Counted from the stretch's first letter, positions 17,750-27,728 are shown. The stretch: DNA of 64,000 bases from an uncultured virus (IMG/VR IMGVR_UViG_3300013306_000447) (IMGVR_UViG_3300013306_000447); one strand, 5' to 3'. A program made the numbers and translations. The notes: generated by a model from the letters alone, not told the origin.

Positions 17750-18676
17750 TCAGAGCGTCCTTTTCTTGGTGGTGGTTACCGGACCGGCGTTGCGCGGCAG
17801 CTGGCGACCGTTGGGGGTGTTCTGAATCGCGGTGAACTGCTTTTGCAGGCTCGCCAGCGCAGTCAGGACTGCCTTGTTCGAGGCACCGCCATTGCGACGG
17901 AACTCGCGTTCCTCTTCAGCAGTGGCAACGATCTCATCCACAGCAGCGCTTACATCGTCGATCGGGGCCTGGTCTGGATCTGGCGCCTCTTCGGCAGCAG
18001 GCTCGATAACGGCCTGAATGCCAGCAGCGACAACCAGCAGTTGGGCCAGCAGGGCTTTCAAAGCCGTTGCAGTAGCTTCATCCATTGGGGTTTTGCTCTC
18101 GGTGGGGGTTTGCGGGGTGTTTTCAGCTGGGCTCTCTTCCAGGCCGAAGCGCTTGAACAGGCCCGTGAACGCGGTCAGCAGCTTCTGCAGCTCGCTTTGG
18201 GGCTGTGTGTCACGCAGGGGGCCAAGCTCGACCGACGCGGCGTAGTACGCGGCTGGGCTGCTTTTCCGGGAAAAGTAGAGTTCCTGGGTGCCAAGGCTGG
18301 CCGGCTCATCAGTCACCGCCAGGCCGGTCAGGTAGGCTTTGCCGCTACCGGCAAAGTTCGGCCAGATCTCGATGCTGGTGAACAGCTTCTGGCCCTGGTC
18401 ATTGAGGTACAGCAGTCGGTCGTTGGGCTTCAACTGGGCTTCCAGGGCAATCTGCCCTGGCTCCAGATCGTCGCCCTCTTCCACCAAGCGCACGGCATAT
18501 ACAGTGCCGTGGGAACCCTGCCAGCGTTCGTGGTCACACCAGATCACCGCCGTGTATTTCGACGGTTTGTAGGTCTCAGCGATATCGCGCAGTTCCTGGG
18601 GAAGGATCTCGCGACCATCGGCGGTGGTGCCGCTGGTGGCGACACGTTTCCAGAACGAAACAAGGGAACGGGGCAT
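17750..18676 (-). CDS. Capsid scaffolding protein/protease (gpO-like)
   Basis: VATSGTTADGR, YLTGLAVTDEPASLGT motifs. Confidence 0.92.
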   Translation of the reverse strand: MPRSLVSFWKRVATSGTTADGREILPQELRDIAETYKPSKYTAVIWCDHERWQGSHGTVYAVRLVEEGDDLEPGQIALEAQLKPNDRLLYLNDQGQKLFTSIEIWPNFAGSGKAYLTGLAVTDEPASLGTQELYFSRKSSPAAYYAASVELGPLRDTQPQSELQKLLTAFTGLFKRFGLEESPAENTPQTPTESKTPMDEATATALKALLAQLLVVAAGIQAVIEPAAEEAPDPDQAPIDDVSAAVDEIVATAEEEREFRRNGGASNKAVLTALASLQKQFTAIQNTPNGRQLPRNAGPVTTTKKRTL

Positions 18677-18761
18677 GGGAGATAACTGTGCTCAATCGGT
18701 GATTTGAGCCGCCAAGATATTGAGCCGATCGCCCCCAAACAAACGGTTAGACTTTGCGTCA

Positions 18762-18784
18762 TTCCTAGATTCACGATCTAGGAA
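18762..18784. promoter_or_regulatory. Dyad between divergent late operons; candidate Ogr-type activator site
   Basis: TTCCTAGAT-TCACG-ATCTAGGAA centred between gpO and gpP starts. Confidence 0.5.
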
Positions 18785-18839
18785 GTTGGCGGAAATTAAC
18801 CCCGCGTTTTCGCTGTTTTCGCCGCATAGACTGCGGCCC

Positions 18840-20900
18840 ATGTACTACTCGACCGAAGTTAAAGAAGCCGCCAAACGCCTGTTTCTGCGCCGCTGCAAGG
18901 CCAAGGAAATTCAGGCGCAACTCAACTTGCCCAACATCCGGATCGTCTACTACTGGATCCGCCAGGGCGGGTGGGAAGACATGCTGTCGGATGAAGAACC
19001 TCTGACCGCTGTCGGCCGGCGCATCACCCTGCTGCTGGACAAAGTCGGCAGCCTGTCCAAAGACGATCTGAACGAACTGGACCGGCTGACCGCTATTCGC
19101 GAGCGGCTGCTGAAACAAGCGGCCAAGCCGGCGCCGGTGACGGCATCGATCGGCGACGACCAGGGCGAGCCTCAGGAACCGCGCCAGCGTTCGCGTGGCG
19201 AACGTTCCGGCCGTGGAGAGGGTGGCGGTAAGAAAAAGGAAAAGAAGGCCAAGAACGACATCAGCGAGCTGACCGAAGTCGACTTCCTGGATAAGTTCAT
19301 CAGCAAGATGTACCGCTACCAGCAGGAGCTGTTCGCGGCCAAACAGAACCCGCTTACCTGCAGGATCCGCAACATCCTCAAGAGTCGCCAGGTCGGCCTG
19401 ACCTACTACTTCGCCGGCGAAGCGTTCATGGACGCGGTACTCAGCGGCGACAACCAGGTGTTCCTGTCGGCCAGCCGATCGCAGTCGGAGATCTTCCGCA
19501 GCTACATCATCCAGTTCGCGAAATCGTGGTTCGACATCGAGCTGACAGGCAACCCTATCGTGCTCAGCAACGGCGCCGAGCTGCGCTTCCTGTCGACCAA
19601 CAGCAGCACGGCCCAGGGCTACCACGGCCATGTCTACGTCGACGAATACTTCTGGATCCGCGACTTCGAGAAGCTGAGCACCGTGGCCAGCGCCATGGGC
19701 ACACACAAGAAATGGCGCAAAACCTATTTCTCGACGCCCAGCGCGGTGTCGCACCAGGCATACCCGTTCTGGACCGGCGAAGAGTTCCGCAACAGCAAGC
19801 GTGGGAAAAAGGCCGGCGGCACCTGGCCGGTGGAATCGGCGTACACCCAGGGCGCGCTGTGTCCGGACGGCCAATGGCGCAAGACCATCACCATCCAGGA
19901 CGCCATCGACGGCGGCTGCGATCTGTTCGACCTCGAGCAGCTGCAGCTGGAGTACGACGAAGACAAATTCCAGCAGCTGTTCTACTGCAAGTTCATCGAC
20001 AGCACGCAGAGCGCGTTCGGCCTCAAAGACCTGGAGCGCTGCTATTCCGACCTGTCGTTGTGGGAGGACTACAAGCCCGACGACGATCGGCCTTTCGGCA
20101 ACAGTCCGGTCTGGCTGGGGTACGACCCGAGCCGCACCCGCGACGACGCCACCTGCGTGGTCATCGCCCCGCCGCTGGAGCCTGGCGCGAAGTTCCGGAT
20201 CCTGGAGAAGCACAGCTGGCGTGGGCACTCGTTCACCTACCAGGCCGCCCAGGTCAAGAAGCTGACCGAGCGCTTCAACGTCCAGCACATCGGCATCGAT
20301 GTCACCGGCGTCGGGTATGGCGTGTTCGACCTGGTGCGCGACTTCTACGCGAAGGCCACGCCGATCCACTACAGCCTCGAGGCGAAAAACGCTCTGGTGC
20401 TCAAGGCCCAGGACACGATCCAGGGCAGCCGCATCGAGTGGGACGCCGGCTGGACCGATATCGCCCAGGCCTTCCTGACCATCAAACGCGGCACAACCAA
20501 CAGCGGCCAGGTCACCTACAGCGCTTCGCGCACCGACGCCACCGGCCACGCCGACATCGCCTGGGCGGTCATGCACGCCCTGGCCAATGAACCCCTGAAC
20601 ACCAACAAGCGGCGCCGCAGCCGCTACGTCACGAGCGGAAACAATGCCCAAGCCACTACGACACAGAAAGCACCAGGTCACCCAGCAGGCGCAACAACCG
20701 CAACCCATGCGGGCATTCACGTTCGGCGAGCCCGAACAGGTGCTGTCGGGCAATATCGGCGAGTACCTGGGGGTGTTCCTCAGCGACGACGGCGAGATCT
20801 ACAAGCCGCCGGTGTCTCGCCCGGGGCTGGCCAAGCTGCTGCGCGCAAACGCGCACCACGGCGCCATTCCGAAATTCAAACGCAACTTGCTGTTGCGTGA
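18840..20900 (+). CDS. Terminase large (ATPase) subunit (gpP-like)
   Basis: LKSRQVGLT Walker A, YVDEYFW Walker B, GYDPSR nuclease, GHADIAWA. Confidence 0.95.
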   Translation: MYYSTEVKEAAKRLFLRRCKAKEIQAQLNLPNIRIVYYWIRQGGWEDMLSDEEPLTAVGRRITLLLDKVGSLSKDDLNELDRLTAIRERLLKQAAKPAPVTASIGDDQGEPQEPRQRSRGERSGRGEGGGKKKEKKAKNDISELTEVDFLDKFISKMYRYQQELFAAKQNPLTCRIRNILKSRQVGLTYYFAGEAFMDAVLSGDNQVFLSASRSQSEIFRSYIIQFAKSWFDIELTGNPIVLSNGAELRFLSTNSSTAQGYHGHVYVDEYFWIRDFEKLSTVASAMGTHKKWRKTYFSTPSAVSHQAYPFWTGEEFRNSKRGKKAGGTWPVESAYTQGALCPDGQWRKTITIQDAIDGGCDLFDLEQLQLEYDEDKFQQLFYCKFIDSTQSAFGLKDLERCYSDLSLWEDYKPDDDRPFGNSPVWLGYDPSRTRDDATCVVIAPPLEPGAKFRILEKHSWRGHSFTYQAAQVKKLTERFNVQHIGIDVTGVGYGVFDLVRDFYAKATPIHYSLEAKNALVLKAQDTIQGSRIEWDAGWTDIAQAFLTIKRGTTNSGQVTYSASRTDATGHADIAWAVMHALANEPLNTNKRRRSRYVTSGNNAQATTTQKAPGHPAGATTATHAGIHVRRARTGAVGQYRRVPGGVPQRRRRDLQAAGVSPGAGQAAARKRAPRRHSEIQTQLAVA

Positions 20901-21681
20901 GCTGATCCCTTCTGCCGGCTGCAGTGCACGAACAATGGGCTGCGCGGGCCTGGACTACATGGTGTTCGGCGAAGCTTTCTTCTACCGCGACACCAACGCC
21001 TTCGGCCAGGTCCTGGAGTTGCAGCACCTGCCGGCGATCAATATGCGGATCAAAGTCGATGGTGGCTTCCGGATGCTGCTGCCAGACAACAAGTTCATGG
21101 ACTTCGACCAGGACGAGATCGAGCACGTCCTGGACTACGACGTGGAGCAGAACATCTACGGCGTGCCGGACTACCTGGGCGGCATGCAGGCGCTGCTGCT
21201 CAACGAAGCCGCGACCCTGTTCCGCCGGCGCTACTACAGCAACGGGGCCCACGCCGGTTACATCTTCTACACCAACGACCCGGACCTGACCGAAGAGGAC
21301 GAGGAAAACCTGCGCGCGCAGATCAGCTCTAGCAAGGGCGTGGGGAACTTCCGCTCGATGTTCGTCAACATCCCCAACGGCAAGGAGAACGCCATCCAGA
21401 TCATCCCTGTGGGGGATTTTCAGGCCAAGGACGAGCTGGAGAAGGTCAAGAACATCACCCGCAACGACGTGATTGCCGCCTGGCGCATGAACCCGGCGCT
21501 GGCCGGCATCATCCCGGAAAACAGCGCTGGCTTTGGCGATATCGAGAAGATCGATCGGGTCTACACCAGCAACGAGATCCGGCCGATCTGCCAGCTGTTC
21601 AACCAGGTCAACGACACGTTGCGACAGGACAGGCGAATTGCCTGGAGAGAGGAGCCAGCGACAGAAGAAGTAACTACGTGA
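20644..21681 (+). CDS. Portal protein (gpQ-like, PBSX family)
   Basis: QNIYGVPDYLG, FRRRYYSNGAHAG, KGVGNFRS motifs. Confidence 0.95.
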   Translation: MPKPLRHRKHQVTQQAQQPQPMRAFTFGEPEQVLSGNIGEYLGVFLSDDGEIYKPPVSRPGLAKLLRANAHHGAIPKFKRNLLLRELIPSAGCSARTMGCAGLDYMVFGEAFFYRDTNAFGQVLELQHLPAINMRIKVDGGFRMLLPDNKFMDFDQDEIEHVLDYDVEQNIYGVPDYLGGMQALLLNEAATLFRRRYYSNGAHAGYIFYTNDPDLTEEDEENLRAQISSSKGVGNFRSMFVNIPNGKENAIQIIPVGDFQAKDELEKVKNITRNDVIAAWRMNPALAGIIPENSAGFGDIEKIDRVYTSNEIRPICQLFNQVNDTLRQDRRIAWREEPATEEVTT

Positions 21682-21756
21682 CACGCCCACAAGAGAGAAA
21701 ACATCTGCATCTTGCGATAGGATAGTGGCAATTTGCTGCGCCCTGGGGAGGGATAC

Positions 21757-22014
21757 ATGCGAGTGACTTGTAAATGCGGGCACAAAGGCCGAATCGCGTC
21801 CCGTGAGGCGCTATCGACAGACTTCGCAAAGCTCTATTGCCAATGCCTGGATGCCAAGTGCGGGCACACTTGGGTAGCCAACCTGACGTTTTCACACACG
21901 CTCAGCCCGTCAGCTCAGACCTTCGACAGGATGCTATTCGATCGTCTGAGGGACATGCCCAGGGCACAACAGCGCGAACTGTTTGAGAAACTCGGATCGC
22001 AGGCCGTCGCATGA
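21757..22014 (+). CDS. ogr: Ogr/Delta-like zinc-finger late activator
   Basis: CKCG...YCQC...CGHTW...HTLSPS. Confidence 0.85.
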   Translation: MRVTCKCGHKGRIASREALSTDFAKLYCQCLDAKCGHTWVANLTFSHTLSPSAQTFDRMLFDRLRDMPRAQQRELFEKLGSQAVA

Positions 22015-22052
22015 CGCAAACCGCCGACCAGGTTAAGCCGGCGGCATCGGAA

Positions 22053-22238
22053 TCAGTCGCCCTCGAATTGTTCCGGATGTGCTCCCAGCGCCTCGGTCAG
22101 TCTGCGCAGATGATCTTGTTCTCGTTTGCTCAATTGGCGATACAACTCAATCAGGCGTTGTTCGAGATGCGAAAGCTCATCCCATGCAGATGCAGACATT
22201 TTCAGGGTGCCGACGTCGGCGTTCATGCGATCCAACAT
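22053..22238 (-). CDS. Small protein resembling the repressor C-terminal domain
   Basis: 61 aa, GGAG RBS; LS..E..L+..YR.L...+Q..+RR...AL pattern shared with 22317..22673. Confidence 0.7.
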   Translation of the reverse strand: MLDRMNADVGTLKMSASAWDELSHLEQRLIELYRQLSKREQDHLRRLTEALGAHPEQFEGD

Positions 22239-22316
22239 GCTTACTACTCCATACAGTGCATAGCTGAATCGGCTTTATTGGGGCGGAAAACTCGAACGGG
22301 TACGAGAAGCCCCGAA

Positions 22317-22673
22317 CTACTTCAAACCCGCTTCGGCGGCAGCCGAATCGGCCAAGGCTTTCAGGTAGCGACGAATCGCTCTCTGATCCTCCTCCGGAAG
22401 GCTTCTGTACTGCTTGACCACCACATCCTCTGCCTGGCTCAACGAGTCGGCGGCCAGCGTTGTTCGCACGCCAGTCAGTATGTAGGGGACATCAAAACCA
22501 AATTCGGCCGCGCATCTGCTCAGGTAAGAAGCCGTTGCGTCACTCGTTCCAGACTCCCAGTTCGCCTGTGTCCGTTTGGCAATACCGAGAGCTTCAGCGA
22601 TCTGAAGTTGCGTCAGCCCACATCGTCTCCGCTCCTCTTGCAGCCGAGAGCCTATTTCTTCAGAAAGATGCAC
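22317..22673 (-). CDS. XRE-family HTH immunity repressor
   Basis: IGSRLQEERRRCGLTQ...TQANWESG...YILTG; divergent from Cro-like gene; no S24 peptidase domain. Confidence 0.88.
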   Translation of the reverse strand: MHLSEEIGSRLQEERRRCGLTQLQIAEALGIAKRTQANWESGTSDATASYLSRCAAEFGFDVPYILTGVRTTLAADSLSQAEDVVVKQYRSLPEEDQRAIRRYLKALADSAAAEAGLK

Positions 22674-22691
22674 TTTTTTTCATCCTTACTA

Positions 22692-22746
22692 TTTACAAGT
22701 GCACCTAGGTGCATCATTGTGCATCTCACACCACATGAAATTGCAC
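22692..22746. promoter_or_regulatory. Immunity switch region with operator palindrome
   Basis: Perfect TGCACCTAGGTGCA (22700..22713) in the spacer after TTTACA; more TGCAC/GTGCA half-sites nearby. Confidence 0.6.
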
Positions 22747-22757
22747 GGATCTGCACT

Positions 22758-22970
22758 ATGCCCAACTCAACCATCACCGAGCAAGCCCGCCAGAAAGCGC
22801 GTGAAGCGCTGGAAAAGCGTGGACAGTCAGCCAAAGACTTTGCTGATCAACATCAACTGAACCCAAGCACCGTTTACGCCGTGCTGAGTGGCCAAAGCCA
22901 TTGTCGTCGCGGGGAGGCACATCGCGCCGCCGTACTGCTCGGCATCAAAGACGGCGTGATTGCACAGTAA
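22758..22970 (+). CDS. Cro/Cox-like DNA-binding protein
   Basis: 70 aa HTH, RRGEAHRAAVLLGIK motif. Confidence 0.8.
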   Translation: MPNSTITEQARQKAREALEKRGQSAKDFADQHQLNPSTVYAVLSGQSHCRRGEAHRAAVLLGIKDGVIAQ

Positions 22971-22999
22971 TGGCCAGTGCCCTGAGGGAACAGCAGAAG

Positions 23000-23479
23000 A
23001 TGAAAAGTCCAGTTCTAAAAACGCGGCGCGAAGTCGTCAGCGCGATCATCTGCAGCTATCCAGGTGGCCGCGAATGCGCCGCTGCCCGGATCGGGCTGTC
23101 GTTGAAGAAGTTCGACAACCACGCCTATGAAAACAACAGCTGCCGGCCGCTGACCGACGTACAGATCCACCAGCTGGAGCTGGAAACAGGCACCCAGCAC
23201 TTTGCCAACTACGTGGCCAAGATGTACGGCGGCATGTTCGTCCCCGTGGCAGAACCGGATCAACTGGACAACGTCGAGATGTATGCCCGGCACATGCAGG
23301 CCTCGGCGAAACAGGGCGCTGTCGATCAGATCATTGCCCAGGCGCTCGAGGACGGTTTGATCACCGAGGGTGAAGCCGAACTGATCCTCAACGCTCACAC
23401 CCTGCACATGGCCGCACGCACCGCCGAGGTCTATGCCGCCATTGATCTCTATCGAGCCAAATCGGAGAAAGCCCAATGA
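23000..23479 (+). CDS. CII/YmfL-like regulatory protein
   Basis: YPGGRECAAARIG..., GGMFVP, ALEDGLITEGE. Confidence 0.7.
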   Translation: MKSPVLKTRREVVSAIICSYPGGRECAAARIGLSLKKFDNHAYENNSCRPLTDVQIHQLELETGTQHFANYVAKMYGGMFVPVAEPDQLDNVEMYARHMQASAKQGAVDQIIAQALEDGLITEGEAELILNAHTLHMAARTAEVYAAIDLYRAKSEKAQ

Positions 23480-23841
23480 CCGCCCTGCCTGCAGTAAAGG
23501 AGTACCAGGACATGCTGCAGAGTGCCGCGCTGTCGTTTCTTGAGCGTCACCAGTCCGAACACCTGAGCGACGATCAGCAGCTGTTCAGCCGGGCCGTGCA
23601 ACACCTGGTTGCCGACTACGACGTGCTGACGCAGGTCGCTGAAAAGATCGTTCACCTGGCCAACAGCGCCATGATCGCCGTTCGCGATCGGCAGCGCCTG
23701 AACATCCAGAGCAGCACGTCGACCCACACCGTAATAGTTGACCCAGTCACCGGCAGCCAATGGGCCGTGCCTGTCAGCCTCATCTATGAGCGAATCATCA
23801 ATGCACCGGACATCGGGCGTTTTCGCTTAGCCCATTCGTAA
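23476..23841 (+). CDS. Hypothetical phage protein
   Basis: 121 aa, ATGA-coupled, GGAG RBS. Confidence 0.65.
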   Translation: MTALPAVKEYQDMLQSAALSFLERHQSEHLSDDQQLFSRAVQHLVADYDVLTQVAEKIVHLANSAMIAVRDRQRLNIQSSTSTHTVIVDPVTGSQWAVPVSLIYERIINAPDIGRFRLAHS

Positions 23842-23916
23842 CACCCAACCCCAAACAAACGCCTGCCCCACACCCCGTGGGTTTGGGTGAGCTGCGCCCG
23901 AAATCGAGGTTTCAAG

Positions 23917-24150
23917 ATGGGAAACGCCGTGATTCTGACCACCCAACTGCCACCTGCAGAAGCCGAAGCACTTCTGGCTGCCATACGTGAGCAGTACCGC
24001 TTGAGCCTCAATGAATACTGGTATGCCGACCAATTCCGCCTAATTGCGGACGGCCTGCGCCACGGCGCGATTCTCGCCCACGTCCCGGTAATGGCTGCGC
24101 AAAAACGCCTTATGGCAGCCCTGTCACACAGCCTCAAAGCAGCGAAGTAA
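23917..24150 (+). CDS. Hypothetical phage protein
   Basis: 77 aa, GAGG RBS, directly before primase. Confidence 0.6.
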   Translation: MGNAVILTTQLPPAEAEALLAAIREQYRLSLNEYWYADQFRLIADGLRHGAILAHVPVMAAQKRLMAALSHSLKAAK

Positions 24151-24152
24151 CC

Positions 24153-26939
24153 ATGAGAGACGACCTGCGTCACGACGTCCTGCAGCGCATCGAATCCGAA
24201 TTCGGCCTGAAGCACCGTCCACCCACGAACTACATGCGCGGCGGCACCTGCCCCAAGTGCAACAAAAAAGAGCTGTACACCCGTTTCGATAGCCCATGGC
24301 AGCTGATTTGTGGTCGTCAGGAAAAGTGCGGCCACACGCTGCATGTAAAGGAGATCTACGACGACCTGTTTGAGGACTGGAGCAAGCGCGTTCCGGCGAC
24401 CGAGAGCGCCCCTACTGCGACCGCACGGGCCTACCTTGAGTTTGCCCGTGGCTTCGACCTATCGCTGATCGCAGGATGGTTTACCCAAGAAACGTTTTAC
24501 TCCAGCCATGACCAGGCGGGCAGCGCGACTGTGCGTTTCGCCCTGGACAAGGGCGGGTATTGGGAACGCCTGATCGACCGGCCTGCCCGCTTCGGAAAGA
24601 TGAAGGCTCGCTTCAAGCCGGGTGAAACCTACCGTGGCGTGTGGTGGTGCCCGCCGTGCGTGGATCTGCTCGAGGTCAAAGAGATCTGGATTGTTGAAGG
24701 GATCTTTGACGCGATCGCCCTGGTGCATAACGGCCTGTCGGCCGTGTCGGCAATGTCCTCGAATGCATTCCCTGAGGAGTCGCTGAAAGCGCTGCTGCGC
24801 GACCGCACCGACAAGTTGCCGAAGCTCGTATGGGCGTTGGACAACGAACCAGGTGCACATGCCTACACCCGCCGTTGGGTCCGCCAGGCGCGTGAAATGG
24901 GCTTCGTCTGCGAGGCAGCACAGATCCCGCAGCGCGACGGCCGCAAGGTCGACTGGAACGATCTCCATCAGCGCTGGGCCTTCATCGATGGCGATGAAAA
25001 ACGAGCCGCCCAGATCGCTACAGAGATCAAACAGATCCGCCACCAGGGCGCGCTGCTGATCGCTGAAAGCGCCGCCGAGAAAGCGCTGCTGATGTACGAC
25101 TGGAACAAGCGCGGCGAATTCCACCTGGGCTTCGGCAACCGCCTCTATTGGTTCAAGTTGGACATGGAGAAGTACAACCGCGCCGTCCAAGACCTCGAGG
25201 ACAGTGACCAGCACGACGACCAGCTGCTGAACCAAGCGCAGATGCGCGAAAAGGCACTGCAGCAATCCGGCAGCGTGGTGGAGATCGCCAACTGCTACCC
25301 GCAAGCCCTGTACTTCCAGCGGAACGAAGTCACCGACGAGTCCTGGTACTACCTGCGCGTGGACTTCCCCCATGACGCCGGCAGCGTCAAGAACACCTTC
25401 ACCAGCGGCCAGCTCGCCGCCGCCAGCGAATTCAAAAAGCGACTGCTCGGGATGGCCGCTGGCGCCATGTACACCGGCAGCGGCCAGCAACTGGACAAGC
25501 TCATGAAAGACCAGCTCTACGGCATCAAAACCGTCTCCACCATCGACTACGTGGGCTACAGCAAGGAATACGAGAGCTACATCTACGGCGACGTGGCCAT
25601 CAAGGACGGCAACGTTTACCCGGTGAACAGCGAGGACTATTTCGAGTTTGGGAAAATGCGCCTCAAGACCCTACAGAAGGGCGTGCCGGTGCAGCTGCAG
25701 CGCGATGCCAAAGGCTACGACGAGGAATGGCTGCGCCTGCTCTGGATCTGCTTTGGCACCCAGGGATTGGCGGCCCTGCTGTTCTTCTTTGGTTCGTTGT
25801 TCTGCGAGCAGATCCGCGCCCGCTACCAGTCGTTCCCGTTCCTCGAGGCCACCGGCGAGGCCGGCGCCGGCAAAACCACCTTGCTCAACCTGCTGTGGAA
25901 GCTGCTCGGCCGTGAAGGCTACGAAGGATTCGACCCTATGAAATCCACCAAGGCCGGCCGGTCGCGCTTGATGGGGCAGGTGTCCGGAATGCCAGTCGTG
26001 TTCCTCGAGGCCGACCGCCATAGCGAAGATAAGGCGCACGCCAAAACCTTCGAATGGGACGAGCTGAAAGACTTTTTCGGCGGCGGCACGCTGGCGACCA
26101 AGGGCGTCAAGACTGCGGGCAACGAGACCTACGAGCCGCCGTTTCGCGGCACGATCGCGATCAGCCAGAACGCCGCCGTGGTTGCCCACGAAGCGATCAT
26201 GACGCGCATCGTAAAGCTGCACTTTATTCGCCCGACGGTTACCCCGGAAAGCCGCGCTGCAGCGGACAAGCTCAACGCCCTGGACGGGAAGACGCTAAGC
26301 CACTTCCTCCTGCAGGCGGTGCGCAAAGAGGCCGAGGTGATGGATCTGTTCAGCAAGCGCTTTCCTGAACACGAAACCAAGCTGCGCCGGCTGCACACTC
26401 ATTGCTTCGCATGTGACACCCAGTTCAAGGGTGACGGTGCCTGCAGCAAGTGCGGCAACGGCCTGCGGGGCTACATCGGTGTCGAGCGAATCATCAAAAA
26501 CCACGCTCAGCTGTTCGCTCTTCTGGATGCCATCCGCCTGGTTACCACCTTGACCGAGGTGCAAGTCAGCTCCACGCGCCGGCAGATCGTCGAAATGGCG
26601 CTCGAGCGGCAGAGCACCACCAATGCGGACCACAGCGCCGTTGCCGAGTTTTGGCAGGTTTATGACTACCTGGAATCGATCTACGACGAGCCCCTGGTCA
26701 ACCACAGCAAGAACCCGGATGTCATCGCCATCAACCTCAACGAGTTCGCCGAGCGTGCTGCAGAGCATCGCCAAAAGCTGGCTGACGTCACCACGCTGAA
26801 AGACCTGCTCAAGGAATCCCGTAGCCACAAGTATCTCGACTACAAGGCCGTCGACAGCGCCGTGCGGTCCGCGCAAGCGCTCAAGAACCCCATGGTCACC
26901 CGTTGCCCCACCGTCAAATGCTGGATTTTCAAGGCCTGA
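24153..26939 (+). CDS. Zn-finger/Toprim primase-helicase (P4 alpha-like)
   Basis: N-terminal CPKC..C..C, Toprim IVEGIFDA and ALDNE, Walker A GEAGAGKT. Confidence 0.9.
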   Translation: MRDDLRHDVLQRIESEFGLKHRPPTNYMRGGTCPKCNKKELYTRFDSPWQLICGRQEKCGHTLHVKEIYDDLFEDWSKRVPATESAPTATARAYLEFARGFDLSLIAGWFTQETFYSSHDQAGSATVRFALDKGGYWERLIDRPARFGKMKARFKPGETYRGVWWCPPCVDLLEVKEIWIVEGIFDAIALVHNGLSAVSAMSSNAFPEESLKALLRDRTDKLPKLVWALDNEPGAHAYTRRWVRQAREMGFVCEAAQIPQRDGRKVDWNDLHQRWAFIDGDEKRAAQIATEIKQIRHQGALLIAESAAEKALLMYDWNKRGEFHLGFGNRLYWFKLDMEKYNRAVQDLEDSDQHDDQLLNQAQMREKALQQSGSVVEIANCYPQALYFQRNEVTDESWYYLRVDFPHDAGSVKNTFTSGQLAAASEFKKRLLGMAAGAMYTGSGQQLDKLMKDQLYGIKTVSTIDYVGYSKEYESYIYGDVAIKDGNVYPVNSEDYFEFGKMRLKTLQKGVPVQLQRDAKGYDEEWLRLLWICFGTQGLAALLFFFGSLFCEQIRARYQSFPFLEATGEAGAGKTTLLNLLWKLLGREGYEGFDPMKSTKAGRSRLMGQVSGMPVVFLEADRHSEDKAHAKTFEWDELKDFFGGGTLATKGVKTAGNETYEPPFRGTIAISQNAAVVAHEAIMTRIVKLHFIRPTVTPESRAAADKLNALDGKTLSHFLLQAVRKEAEVMDLFSKRFPEHETKLRRLHTHCFACDTQFKGDGACSKCGNGLRGYIGVERIIKNHAQLFALLDAIRLVTTLTEVQVSSTRRQIVEMALERQSTTNADHSAVAEFWQVYDYLESIYDEPLVNHSKNPDVIAINLNEFAERAAEHRQKLADVTTLKDLLKESRSHKYLDYKAVDSAVRSAQALKNPMVTRCPTVKCWIFKA

Positions 26940-26954
26940 TCAGGAGGCAGATCG

Positions 26955-27263
26955 ATGCACATCCAATTGATTGTTGAGCGGGAACGAGACAACGCGATCG
27001 AGGAGATCCGCCGGATCAACGCGGTAATGACCCAGCTGGGGTACGAGGGCAGGACAGTGTTCGCCGAAGCCTATGGCGCTGACGGCCTGGTCCAGATCCT
27101 CGAGGTTCGTGCCAGCGGTGGCCAAAGGGAGATTCTCGTCATGGACTGCTCACGGGAACAGGTCCAGGCAGTCCTGGAGTGGCAGTCCTGCGACGACGAA
27201 TGGGAGTTTGACGATCTGGTAATTCACCTAGTGCGTAAACAAGAGGAGCAAAACCATGCATGA
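26955..27263 (+). CDS. Hypothetical phage protein
   Basis: 102 aa, AGGAGG RBS. Confidence 0.65.
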   Translation: MHIQLIVERERDNAIEEIRRINAVMTQLGYEGRTVFAEAYGADGLVQILEVRASGGQREILVMDCSREQVQAVLEWQSCDDEWEFDDLVIHLVRKQEEQNHA

Positions 27264-27651
27264 AGACGAAAAGCAGCAACTGGAGCAGCAGCTGTACATC
27301 AGCGCTTTCAAAGAGGCGATGTTTCACAAAATCGCGCCTGAAAACTTGGCTGACGATGGTGAGCGCTTCGAAAACAAAACCGTCCAGTTGGTGTTTGAAG
27401 GCTATCTGGAAGGGGCTAAGCCAAACCCGGCACGGGTCCTTGGCCAGCAGCTTTACGCGGAAATCAAAGCCGACAGCAAATACGCATCCCAGATCGGCTG
27501 GATGCAACTGCGCAACGGTTATCCCTTTCCAATTCGCTTTGAGCAGGACCCATCGGGTTACGTCGTGAAGGGTGGCGTCGGTGGGTGCTACCGAGTTGAA
27601 GATGTGGATTTGCTGTTCAAGCTCGACGGTGAATTTCACCGGATTCAATGA
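27256..27651 (+). CDS. Hypothetical phage protein
   Basis: 131 aa, GAGGAG RBS, overlaps upstream stop. Confidence 0.65.
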   Translation: MHEDEKQQLEQQLYISAFKEAMFHKIAPENLADDGERFENKTVQLVFEGYLEGAKPNPARVLGQQLYAEIKADSKYASQIGWMQLRNGYPFPIRFEQDPSGYVVKGGVGGCYRVEDVDLLFKLDGEFHRIQ

Positions 27652-27728
27652 CGCCGGCGATCGCCGGTAAAAGAAGGGCGTCGAGGGGATGCACCCCCTC
27701 GGCACCAACCACCACTGAGGGCAACACC

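Noticed and set aside
12677..20753. Long antisense ORFs (555, 660 aa and others)
   Set aside because: Shadow frames of GC-rich genes with clear phage motifs on the other strand
22241..22257. LexA (SOS) box upstream of the 61-aa gene
   Set aside because: Only the CTGTAT half-site matches; the other half lacks CAG
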